A DNA stretch of 62,992 nt, filler included, from Hausera hauseri (taxonomy: Eukaryota): NCBI GenBank assembly GCA_046269625.1. It is 9 parts of 9 records of this genome, joined end to end, with 100 filler letters (N's around TTAATTAATTAA, not from the genome) between each part and the next. Parts side by side here need not be neighbours in the genome. Positions count along the whole stretch, not along the records: positions 23,235 to 28,151 come from JBJURY010392146.1; positions 28,252 to 34,717 come from JBJURY010097765.1; 7 more parts are not named here. One strand, written 5' to 3'. Shown here piece by piece: positions 24,379 to 34,479 of the stretch (position 1 is its first letter; each line of letters starts with the position of its first letter). The notes below the pieces were generated by a model. It ran no database searches, had not been told where the DNA came from, and worked only from the letters and a program-made list of their open reading frames with translations. The translations under genes were made by a program, and so were the position numbers.

Positions 24379-25711
24379 TTAGTTAATCACGATTACTTTA
24401 TATAGCAGATAAGCGACGGCTGTTACGACTTTTTCTCTAGTGATTCCTGTGGCAAACATTTTTTCTAATATGTCTTGTTCGTGTAGCTCATTAATTCTCT
24501 CTTCATTAATATTCTCGTAGAACTGTCTGATAACTCTTAACATGCCATTACGCAGCGTCTGGAACAGTTCATCGGGGATAGTAATTTGCATATCAAATAA
24601 TGTAAATGATGTATGCAACTTTGCTAGTAACGTTCTTAACAAGAGTTTTATGTCTATTGATTCTGGCGTTGTATCTGTTCCTGCCAGTAATAAACGCAGT
24701 ACTATTTCCTCATTCCTGTCTCTTTTACTTCGTATATCACTTATTTTAGTCCCTTTTGGCTGTCCTCTTCTTTTAGTTTCTGTTTGTACCGTAACATCCT
24801 GCGTATCACCGGTAGGTTGCTCTTCTGCTTCCGGTGGTTGTAGTTCCCTCATTATATTGTCTATTGTTTCCTCCGTTCTTGCGTCAGGGTGTACCTCTGT
24901 TATCCTAATTGGGCTGTATTCTCTCACTTCTACAACCAATTCGTAATAATGTATCGTAACCATATAACGTTCTTCCATAAAAACGTAGTCCGTATACCTT
25001 CTCTTTGTAGAACGGTTTTACTTTTTCGATCTTTTCCCTCAACGTTAGTATATCATCCGCTTCATTCATTCGGATGACTCTCATATCTTGATTTCTCTCT
25101 TTTAACGTTATTCTTACTGATTCGTTTCTTCCCGTCTCGTCTTCAGCTACCTTGGCCAGTATCGTCCGTGCTATTTCTCGTATTGAACTGGTATCGTGGG
25201 CGAATAGTTGTAATTGGAATAGAATTTCGTTTATCTTATCTACAGATACTATACTATCTATTAGTTTTAATATTATACTTGTTGCTTGGTTTACGTCAAC
25301 TATATTCTCAGAATCAATAGCAATAACTGCTTGAATACTGTCATTTTCAGCATCTAAGTCTACCTCTATATCGTGCATTACCTGTTCAATCACGGTTTCA
25401 TCGAATATCTTTGTAGGTTGTACTGCCTTTTCACTTTCTTTTGATGCCAATTCGCCTTGCTTACTTCTTCGTCCTCTTTCCTTTTGTTCCGCATCGCTTT
25501 TATCCACAAAAGTTTCTCTAAATTCTACTTCTTCTATTATCGTTTTTTTACATTTCTTTCTTCCTTGACGAGGTTTTCCTCCTTTTAACTTCTCTTCCGT
25601 TACATAAGCACTGTTTTCTCTCAATCTTTTCTGTTGGACTCCATAATCCTTTAATTCCATATCCAACTGCGTTCTAATATGTTGAGATAATATATCATTA
25701 ACACGATTCAC
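24379..25711 (-). pseudogene. Helical, charged linker region between gag and glycoprotein (ORFs 24905-25711 and 24379-24978)
   Basis: Two long overlapping co-oriented ORFs, probably one frameshifted reading frame. No domain recognised. Confidence 0.55.
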
Positions 25712-25797
25712 ACTTTCTTTCTTTTTATCTTCCTTCTTTATTTCATATTCGTTATCCTCAGTCTCATATTCCTTATCCCATAATTCATCCGAGATAG

Positions 25798-26782
25798 CTA
25801 ATGTGTAATCTTTTTTTGTTTATTGCCGTTAGACTTTGCCGAACCTTTTTTTCTTGACCTACATGCCTTTGCTATGTGGCCATATTTGTTACAGTTAAAG
25901 CATTTTAACCTCCCTTCCGAATTTATATTAGGTAGCGCCCTTCCGTCCTTTGTTGAACCATTTTTCTTATATGATTTTTCTCCATACTTCTTTAATTTAA
26001 ACCTCACCTTCTTTTCTACATCTTTTTCAGCCTCTGTGGCTGACGTCTGTGAGGGACTTCGGTTTCCATCGCATCGTTGATACTTCTGTGTACTATTGTT
26101 CCTTCGTCTATCATAATTATTATTATCGTTTCTTGACTTTGTCCACCAATATAATTCGGCGTCTCGTTCAGCTTTTCGTGCTTTCCTTATTGCTTCTTGA
26201 AATGTAGGCGTGTCAGATTGTAGAATTGTACTTCTTAACTTTCCTTCCAACCCATATTGGAATTGAGCCAACAGTGCATTACTTCTTATTACTGCATCAG
26301 GATAGGCCCTTGCGGCTCACTTTTCCAGTGCACAGACAAAATCCTGGACTGTCTCATTCTTTCGTTGCCTCCTTCGTATAAATTCTTCTATCCTCCCTTT
26401 CCAAAGAGATCAACGAGGAACTTTTGAGGTAACTTACTTTGACAGTTTTCCAATCCTTTTTGTCTTCTTCTGGCATCTGGAAATAAATCGTTAATGCAGT
26501 TCCTTTAAGATGGAGAGGTAACCTCTCCATTCTTTGTTGGTCATTCCATCCGGAACTTTTTGGATACACCTCATATTCCATAATAAAATCTTGTACATCT
26601 TCCTTTCCTGAAAATTTCTTCATGGGTAAGGTGAAGTCAGCTTTAGACTGTATCACCTGTTCTACGTTATGGTCGTTTCGAGCCATTTTGTTTTCTTCTT
26701 CTTCACTTAGATTATTCAAAAATTCCAAACCAAATGGTACATTATCGTTCGTTCTAAATGGTTTGCCTTTACCGGTCGTCAT
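25798..26782 (-). pseudogene. Gypsy-type Gag with CCHC knuckle, frameshifted
   Basis: KFSGKEDVQDFI..YE......GW.......LPLHLKGTA, QFQYGL...LR, and CFNCNKYGHIAKAC. Confidence 0.9.
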
Positions 26783-26834
26783 TTTGCTGCTTCTAGGTTC
26801 CTTAACTTATCTAAAGGTTTCTTTATGCGAGAGG

Positions 26835-26852
26835 TCCCTGGTGACGGCACCA
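26835..26852 (-). promoter_or_regulatory. Primer-binding site, tRNA-His type
   Basis: Minus strand TGGTGCCGTCACCAGGGA, 3 nt after ...GAACA and 5' of gag. It resembles the tRNA-His complement TGGTGCCGTGACCAGG. Confidence 0.75.
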
Positions 26853-26855
26853 GAT

Positions 26856-27114
26856 TGTTCAATCACCATTAATTACTTCGGGAGTGACTTCAACTTAATT
26901 TAATTAATTGGTAGAACAATCGACGTACTTTCATCTATATGTTCTGGATAAGGATGACATGTAGTGTAACTCTGGGGATCTTACCAACTTATAATTAGGT
27001 GATGTGTGAGGGGGAAGGTAGAGACTGTTATACTTTATTTACTACGGTTTAATATCTTATAAATTTATTTAACTTTATTCTGGCTGTCGTCAGGAAGGGT
27101 TGACCTGGACGACA
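26856..27114 (-). repeat. Putative LTR (about 259 bp, TGT...ACA)
   Basis: Its end abuts the PBS. Its start (TGTCGTC...CCTGACGA...ATAAAGTTAAATAAAT) resembles the sequence following the PPT at 60439. Confidence 0.55.
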
Positions 27115-27639
27115 AATGATATCCGGATTACTTAGAATTTATTTCATTATTTATTTACTTATGGATAAAACTAGAACGATAACGTTTCTCTAATACAAAA
27201 ATGTATATATGCAATCCAAGATAATAAATAAGATATGAGTACCATCAAAATACGTTAACAATCATCAATTAACAAAATCCCATCAAATAAAATACTTACA
27301 CGAAGACATGATGATATCGATAAGTAACGAATTTTTCTTCTTATTATTTTACATGAAACACTACTACGTTGTATAGTAATTTGATTTATTACTCGTAATA
27401 ACAACTGCTATATCGTTCATAAAATTGTGGTTAGTTAAAATAACAGATGGCCAATACAAAAAAATAATCCACTACTTCACATATCAAAATAGTAGTTAAA
27501 ATGAAGTCGCATAAAAAATGTCATATGTGGTTTATTGTTTTCACAGCAATTTGAGATAGTAATTAAATAGAGTCACATGTGGTTTATTGCTGATTTATTC
27601 CACAGAATCGTCGGGGATTCGGAGAAATTGTCCCGAATT

Positions 27640-28151
27640 TGTTATTGGTCGAGTGATAGGGGCATGTGTATGAATTTATCTGTGGTTTTCGATTTATATC
27701 GGATGGATTCTGGTTCGTAAAGTTCATCATCTATGACGATTGTTTCATCCACCTGGAACTTTCGCTTTCTGCCTCATAAGGATGCTGTTGGTGCTGTTCG
27801 CACGCTATCAGAGGTCGTACTTCGTGTGATGAGTTCGTCATTCCATTTTAACTGTCGACAAATCGATTGATAGCATTTTACCAGCGCGGTACTAAGAAGA
27901 GGAAACGCCTTCGTATCATAGAATTTCCAAGCAAGTTCTTTATACTTACTTGCTGTTATTTAGTATTTACGGATCACCTCTTCGTGATATAATATATCGC
28001 GAACTCCGGCAATCCGCCAAATAGGGCACTTGAAATGATTGATTATCATTTTCATTACGTCGACTCCGATTACTATTCTATCTGTAATTACTTCTGCTAC
28101 TTTCCGGTGGAAGTTTATAGAATCGATTTGATTATTGATATTTACTTCTGC
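27640..28151 (-). pseudogene. C-terminal part of the DEDDh-like accessory ORF
   Basis: EVNINNQID...ITDRIVIGVDV...HF..PI..IAGVRDILYHEE aligns by eye with EADIIGQLD...LTGKMIIGMNV...HFS...I..ILGIKDLLYAQE in ORF 60939-62981. Confidence 0.7.
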
Positions 28152-28251
28152 NNNNNNNNNNNNNNNNNNNNNNNNNNNNNNNNNNNNNNNNNNNNTTAAT
28201 TAATTAANNNNNNNNNNNNNNNNNNNNNNNNNNNNNNNNNNNNNNNNNNNN

Positions 28252-28720
28252 CTGTTTTGATTCAACCCGCTTTTACGAATTTCATATACATATTCTAACG
28301 TAGTTTTGTCTTCCCACCACTGGGCCTTAATTTTTGGTATGTATGAGGCAATTAATGATAATGCTAATATTATCTGCATGAAAAATTTCTATGTTATTCT
28401 CTTATCCTGATTTTTCTGGGGTTCTTATTATTGCAGCGTAAATTGTAACGTTTATTTGGTTTTATTTCACTTTTAACAACTGTTTATACTGATACAACTT
28501 CTTCTTTTCCGATTTTGTTGATATAGACTAATTGGCGTGGTTCTAGTCTATATCTAGCCCTTGCCCGGTAGGAGTAAATTTTAATTACGTACCTTTCTTG
28601 GCTACTGGATAGTGTACATAAACCCAATTTCCTTTTTCCAAATCATGAGGTTTTGCTTTCTTACCTTATTACTTTTTGAATTGTTCTTGATATTCAAGTG
28701 ATAATGTTTTCTCAATCTTT
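28252..28720 (-). pseudogene. Integrase C-terminus followed by a signal-peptide-bearing ORF start
   Basis: Nucleotide similarity to 21700-21930. From 28379 it reads MQIILALSLIASYIPKIKAQWWED, homologous to SLIAPYVPRVKTQW. Confidence 0.7.
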
Positions 28721-28729
28721 CACAGTAGT

Positions 28730-29225
28730 TGCAATAGATCAGAAAGATTGGGATGAATTCTTAGAAGGTACTCAGTTTGCAATTAACATGACACAACATT
28801 CGGGCACTGGATTCACACAATTTTTATGATGTATGGAAGAGAAGCAATATTACTGAAGGATTTAGGAATGACACTATGTACAATAAATCCTGAAGACTTA
28901 GAGTAAAACTTCGTTGAAGTAATATAGTCGATATTGCAGAAGTGTTGAGAGATTGCAAACGAATTATCTCAAGAATACCAAGAACAGTTTAAAAAGCAGT
29001 ATGACAAGAAAGACAAACCGCATGATTTAGGAAAGGGAAATTGGGTTTACTTACAATGTCCAGTCGCCAAGAAAGCACGTCATTGAAACTTACCTGTACT
29101 GGGAGAGGATAGTACAAAATTATCAGTACCACACCAACTACAGTGTATATAAACAAAGATGGTAAAGAAGAAGTTGTGTCAGTGCAGAGAGTTGTCGAAA
29201 CGAAAATAAGGCCGAATATTCAAAT
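28730..29225 (+). pseudogene. Integrase C-terminal fragment, same family, opposite orientation
   Basis: KDWDEFLEGTQFAINMTQH..TGFT and EYQEQFKKQYDKK.KPHDL. Confidence 0.8.
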
Positions 29226-29230
29226 ATTTA

Positions 29231-30028
29231 TTAGAAACATCTAGCATCAAACCATCCACTAGGCGTAGCATCGTAAACTGCTTCTGGAGGTCCTCCTGTA
29301 ATCCATTCCGAATAGCAGTTTAAGCTTTTGTACACAACCATGGGGAGTAAGAAGGTACCGGTTGCATTACCACAAGACATTATACTAATACATGTTTTAT
29401 AATGTTGGATTTTACGTTCCACTATGTTAAGCCCATGTCGATACAAAATCTTTTAGGTCATCACAGACATTAGTTTGATCGAAGTTATATATGTTTTCAG
29501 CTGGAACAGCACTTAATGTCTCCTTCGGTTCATCAAAAAATAAGCATACACTTTCACGTGATAATTCTTATCTTGCTGGCTTCACATTACCATTGATTCT
29601 TTGAGTTAAGTTGGATCGCTTCATGAAACACATTGGCCAGTCAATTCCAAATAAATTATTTTTGAATCGTGAATCAGTAATGTCTAATTTATCAAAGTAA
29701 GATTTTATTATTAATCGTACATCTGTCATCAAATGGAACCTTCGATTGAAACAAACAGTTAACAGCTTTTGTAAGATGTGTTTAATTGTTCACTCAACTT
29801 TATTTGACCTCCAGTCTTTAAAGTGTGTAATCCATCCACTTTGTTGTAAAGAGTTCCATTTGGGATATTATAACATTTACTAACTTTTAAAATACTTATT
29901 TGTTTAGAATTCACCTTTGCAACAGCTAATTGCAGATTTTCTTCTATATAATTCGTTGTATATTCTCTTCTGCCTGTCGTCCTTTTATAATTCCTCATTT
30001 TCGCAGTAGCTACAATACCAAATACCAA
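29231..30028 (-). mobile_element. pogo-like (HTH_psq / DDE_1) transposase pseudogene
   Basis: MRNYKRTT.R..Y.EENLQLAV..V....SI.K....YNIP..TL, then IYNFDQTN, and ISIMSCGNATG..L.PMVVYK...W..GGP..A.Y..TPSGWFD. Confidence 0.85.
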
Positions 30029-30079
30029 ATCAAATCAAACGGTATCAAATATAAACGTATTTTCATGGAATACGTGCAC

Positions 30080-32482
30080 TAAGGCCTGCCGAACCGTACG
30101 TTTTTTCAAACCCGGTTTTCCGTTGCTGAAATTATTGAAAACCGGGTACCCGGTTCCGACCCGGTTCTGAGAAAAGCTGAAAAAAGGAAAATTTTTTAAA
30201 TAAATATTTAATTTATTTTTCAAACAAAAAAATACAAAGAACAGTTATCAATTATTTATTTTCCGATTTAAAGTGTGATCTCAAAAAGGATAACATATCC
30301 AGTGTGTCATCGTTCAAGGATGATCTTATTTTTGTAACAATACGTCCACACCCAGAGAAAACTCGTTCTGACTGTACACTTGCCGGTTTTATTGATTTTA
30401 AATTATTGTAACATCTTTCGAGGTTTGCCCCTCGGCTGCCTTCGACCTCAAAAATTGAAATTTCCTTTTTGATTATGTTTGTAATACTTTTGGATGTTCG
30501 GTTTTTAGCAATAATTTTACAATTGTTGTCCTTTTCTATGGCATCGTCTAGTCTTTCTCGTAAGGTCATGTTACGGTTGTCTTCGTGAAGGACTTCGTCT
30601 TGCGATTCAGAATCAGACAAGTTGTTGTTATCGGACAATGTTAATAGCTTAATTACCATAGATGTAATAGCTGCCTTGGGTAAACATTCAAATTTTAGTA
30701 ATGGATCTAAATCGGCATATTCTTGGTTTTGTTTGTGCAAAAATTGCAACAAACTTGATGCGTTTGTTCGTCGCTCGTTTATTCGTCTCGCAAGCGATTT
30801 CTTTAATCGAATAGCAAATTCATTACTACCCAAATTATTGAACATGAATGAAATTGTTGTATCAGCAGAAAGTAATGTCGCATCGTGACGACATAACGCA
30901 TCGACACCTAATTTCACAGGTTCAAGTGTCGTTGCCAAATTGTGAATTTTACAAAATTCGTCTTCTTCAAATGACCAGTTTGACTTCAGATCAATTAAAG
31001 CTTTGAGCGTGCAGCTTTTAAGTTCATTAAATCGTTGTAACATTAAGTAGAGACTATTCCAACGTGTCTTTACGTCAATTTTCAAGTGAATTTCTTTTCC
31101 AAACTCTTCTTTTACATATTTTTGTAGCAGATCATTTTTAGTGGGTGATTTTCGGAATAATTTTACTACAGACCTGACCTTTTCGATCAATGAGTGGAAT
31201 TCAGGCACCAGTTCCGGCTCAACCGCAATATTTTCAACTAGAAGTCTATCGTCCGACTCAGAATTATCGTCAGATTCATCGCATGAGTCAGAATTATTGT
31301 CACTAACATCAATTTGTTCATTGGGTAAAGATATTGGCTTTTTGTACAACACATCGGTAACTGCCAGATGAACTGCATGGGCGAAGCAAAGTTGTTGTTC
31401 GCAAGAAAGTAATTTTCCAACTTTTTGCATCACTGAGGCACCGTCAGTTGTGACACATATAACGTCTTCATGCAAATTGATTCCAACAATTTCCAATCTC
31501 TCCTCTAGAAGTTTGATGCAACTTTCTGCTGGCAGTGATCCTTGTATTCGGATCAGACCCAAATTCCAAAATTCACCTTTAATGTGCACGTTAACGTTCA
31601 AATAGCGACGGTTTCTAATGGATGTCCACTCGTCGAACGTAAGACTAAATCGTTTGCCTTGAGACTTCAAAGATTGTAATTCAACCTTGTACTGTTGCCG
31701 GATTTTTCTACCATAATTCATAACAATGTTTCGAATTGTATTGGCTGACTTTGGTACATCAAATTGTCGTGCTAACAGCGATTTGCGCATCTCGGAAGAT
31801 GTAATGAAAACACTGAACGGCAAACCATCAGCTGCAGTCATACGGGCCAATACAGCTTCCATTGAGTTGTCATGTGCAATGAAATAGTTTGTGATGGATG
31901 ATTTTGATGCGGAACGCTTTTGTGATGGTGTTTCATCTGCTGTACTTTCAGAAGCAAGTCTCTTTACTGGATTTGAAAGGACAGAATGAACTGATTTCAG
32001 ATGCTTATGTAAGCTACCTGTTGATCCGCCAGATGTCTTCAACACTTTTCCACATATCTTGCACTGGGCAGATTGTCCAGATGTTTCACGTAGAAAATGC
32101 TCCCACACTGGGGTTTTATCAATGACACTTTTCTTCATCGCTTCGAAATTCGGCATTGGGGTTATTTTATTTCTGTTAAATGTAAATCTAAATTTTGTTT
32201 ACACGAAACGATCAATGAGCAAATCAATTTCAATTAGTCATTTTTCTAAATACCATGTTGCTATGTTTGATATTATCTACACGTTTCTTACAGTGGAAAA
32301 GAAAAAAAGCATAGATTTACAATGAAAAAGTTTTAGACAATAAAATTTCAAATACAATTGTACAATTTTTTTCGAAACCGTTACCCGGTTCTGAGATCTA
32401 GTCGGAACCGGGTGAACGGTTCAAGGAATATTACCGGGTACCCAGGTAACCGGATACCAGGGAACCGGGTCTGCATGCCTTA
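30080..32482 (-). mobile_element. Full-length hAT DNA transposon
   Basis: Imperfect 17-bp TIRs (TAAGGCCTGCCGAACCG and reverse complement TAAGGCATGCAGACCCG), ACCGG/CCGGT/GGTACC subterminal repeats at both ends, and an uninterrupted transposase. Confidence 0.9.
30252..32156 (-). CDS. hAT transposase with BED zinc finger, 634 aa, intact
   Basis: VWEHF...C..C...L.KHL...H (BED), FSLTFDEWTS, TTDGA, CFAH..HL, DVKTRWNS, and ASVQSERVFS (catalytic E and dimerisation domain). Confidence 0.96.
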   Translation of the reverse strand: MPNFEAMKKSVIDKTPVWEHFLRETSGQSAQCKICGKVLKTSGGSTGSLHKHLKSVHSVLSNPVKRLASESTADETPSQKRSASKSSITNYFIAHDNSMEAVLARMTAADGLPFSVFITSSEMRKSLLARQFDVPKSANTIRNIVMNYGRKIRQQYKVELQSLKSQGKRFSLTFDEWTSIRNRRYLNVNVHIKGEFWNLGLIRIQGSLPAESCIKLLEERLEIVGINLHEDVICVTTDGASVMQKVGKLLSCEQQLCFAHAVHLAVTDVLYKKPISLPNEQIDVSDNNSDSCDESDDNSESDDRLLVENIAVEPELVPEFHSLIEKVRSVVKLFRKSPTKNDLLQKYVKEEFGKEIHLKIDVKTRWNSLYLMLQRFNELKSCTLKALIDLKSNWSFEEDEFCKIHNLATTLEPVKLGVDALCRHDATLLSADTTISFMFNNLGSNEFAIRLKKSLARRINERRTNASSLLQFLHKQNQEYADLDPLLKFECLPKAAITSMVIKLLTLSDNNNLSDSESQDEVLHEDNRNMTLRERLDDAIEKDNNCKIIAKNRTSKSITNIIKKEISIFEVEGSRGANLERCYNNLKSIKPASVQSERVFSGCGRIVTKIRSSLNDDTLDMLSFLRSHFKSENK

Positions 32483-33748
32483 GTTAGACAATTTTAAAAA
32501 ACGCCACGGCATCACGTTTAAGCCGATCCAGAGCGAAGCTGGAGCGGTAGATTCATAATCTCTTCTTAGGTAGCAACAGCAGATTCTTCGGCCATTACTC
32601 ACACAGTTCTTCGCAGACAATGTCTTCAATCTGGACGAAACTGGACTCTTCTGGCAACTACTTTCGGACAAGACAATGGTTTTCAAGGGAAAGCAGTGTA
32701 CAGGAGGAAAAAAAAGTAAGCAAAGGATCACTCTTCTGGTTGGGGAAAACATGAGTAGCAGCAAAAAGTTTCCTCTTCTGGTGATTGGCGCTTCCAAAAG
32801 ACCTCGTGCCTTCAAGAACAAGGAGACCCCGGTCGAGTACAAGGAGAACTCAAAGACATGGATGACAGAGAAGTTTTCGAGGAGATATTGCGTGCGTGGG
32901 ACGGACGACTTGGCCAGCGGGAACGCAGAGTGCTGGTCTGTCTTGATAACTTTGCTGGCCACCTTCCAGAGCTCCAGATGAACAACATCCGACTAGTCTT
33001 CTTCCAACCCAACACGACAGGCAACTCGCAACCAATGGATCAAGAAATCATAGAGAACCACAAGCACCACTACAAGAAGCTCCTGCTATGCCGCCGACTT
33101 GAGGCCATGGATAAAGGAAAGGAGTTCAAGTTTACATTCCTCGACGCTTTACACGTCGTCCGGCGTGCTTGGTTGCAGGTCAGCAAGTCGACGATCAGGA
33201 ACTGTTTTGCTAAGGTCAAGTTTATTGAAGAGGAGATTCAAACTGAAGTACAGGATGCAGAGCTGCTCGATATCTGGGAAGCTCTGCCTGCTGAGGAAAA
33301 GATGTACGAGAACGAGGAGATCGACCTGTCTGACTTCCTCAAAGCTAATGAGCGCTTCGCGACTGGCGGGTCTTTTACACTGGAGGAGATTTCGGAGGAG
33401 ATGCTATGCGGTGAAGAGCTGGTGGAAAGCAAAGATGACGATATAACTGTTGAGGAGGAAGTCGTTTTATTCGAGGAAGCTCAGCGCGCTTGGAGCACCG
33501 TACGGAAGTTCATGCAACTGAAAAGTGAGAAGCCCGGTGTGATGTTAGCGTGCAATCAGTTGGATAACGAGATGCACGTGATCGGCCAAAAGAAAATGCG
33601 CCAGACGACGATTCTTGAGAGCTTTGGGCCGATAAGTAACTTGAGAAAATAAATCCGCTTTTACAAACCCTCGTTACTATGCCACTTTCTCTACTATGCC
33701 ACTATTGCTCGGTCCCGACAGGTGGCATAGTAACGAGATTTGACTGTA
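32483..33748 (+). mobile_element. Tigger/pogo element, 5'-truncated by the hAT end, frameshifted transposase, right TIR plus TA
   Basis: LDNFKKRHGI, FNLDETGLFW, GGKKSKQRIT, NSKTWMT / LDNFAGH, PNTT...QPMDQ. Terminal GTGGCATAGTAACGAGATTTGACTG-TA, with internal inverted copies at 33670-33705. Confidence 0.9.
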
Positions 33749-34169
33749 CTCACAAGAAACAGAACAGGGTTTTATGGGAAAAATTATTTTGCATACAAAA
33801 CTAAGATTATGTAATATGGAATTCTAAATGTTACATCATTTCGCACTTCTTCACTTTTCCTCGTATCATGCAGAGGAATTTTGAAAATTCATAAAATTTT
33901 TGTTTCTTTTTTCAACTAATATTTTACTAAATTGGATTTCCAGTTTGTCATTCATGTTATGTCAAAGTATAATGTATTCGCCTAATCATCAGCCACATGT
34001 TATGAGTCAAATATTAGACGGATATTTATTAGGTCTACAAAACATCAACAAAACACAATTAGTCAAACATTAACTGTCGAGAAAAAGGCTCAGATTTTGT
34101 TAATTCATAAAACAGAGAAACGCATTCGAAATCCTTAACTTCTTAAAACTAAAAATGAAAGAATGTTTC

Positions 34170-34345
34170 GAGATCGCTTACTGGAGGAATGGTCGAAAAT
34201 CGCATCGGAGTCTACAATGACTCGACGTTTGCAAGCTGTCTTGAATGATAATGGTGGTCACACAACTTACTAAATGCATGTATTTGTTTTTTTAATACAA
34301 TAAAAATATTTTCGTTTTGTCCGGATACTTATGACTGCTACTGCA
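34170..34345 (+). mobile_element. Tc1 3' fragment
   Basis: LLEEWSKI...MTRRLQAVL..NGGHTTY*, followed by a TIR-like end ...ATACTTATGACTGCTACTG. Confidence 0.65.
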
Positions 34346-34380
34346 TCTACGATTTATTAGAATAAATAGAAGAAACTTAC

Positions 34381-34479
34381 ACCTTGTTTTTTACCAGTAA
34401 AACACTTTCCTTTAATGAGCGCTTCCAATACGTCAGTAGAATTTCCACATACAGCATAGTGGATGGGTCTCCATCCATT
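34381..34479 (-). CDS. 99-bp exon encoding one ankyrin repeat (host gene)
   Basis: TTCAG| NGWRPIHYAVCGNSTDVLEALIKGKCFTGKKQG |GTAAGT: exactly 33 codons, phase 0-0, with a G-x-x-P-I-H-x-A motif. Confidence 0.85.

Larger units (their letters stand above)
23235..27114 (-). mobile_element. 5' part of a Gypsy-type element: LTR, PBS, gag, extension, glycoprotein
   Basis: Ordered components listed below. No protease or RT between gag and the glycoprotein. Confidence 0.8.

Noticed and set aside
30622-33446. Alternative-frame ORFs over the hAT and Tigger transposases
   Set aside because: They are shadow frames of recognised transposase sequence.
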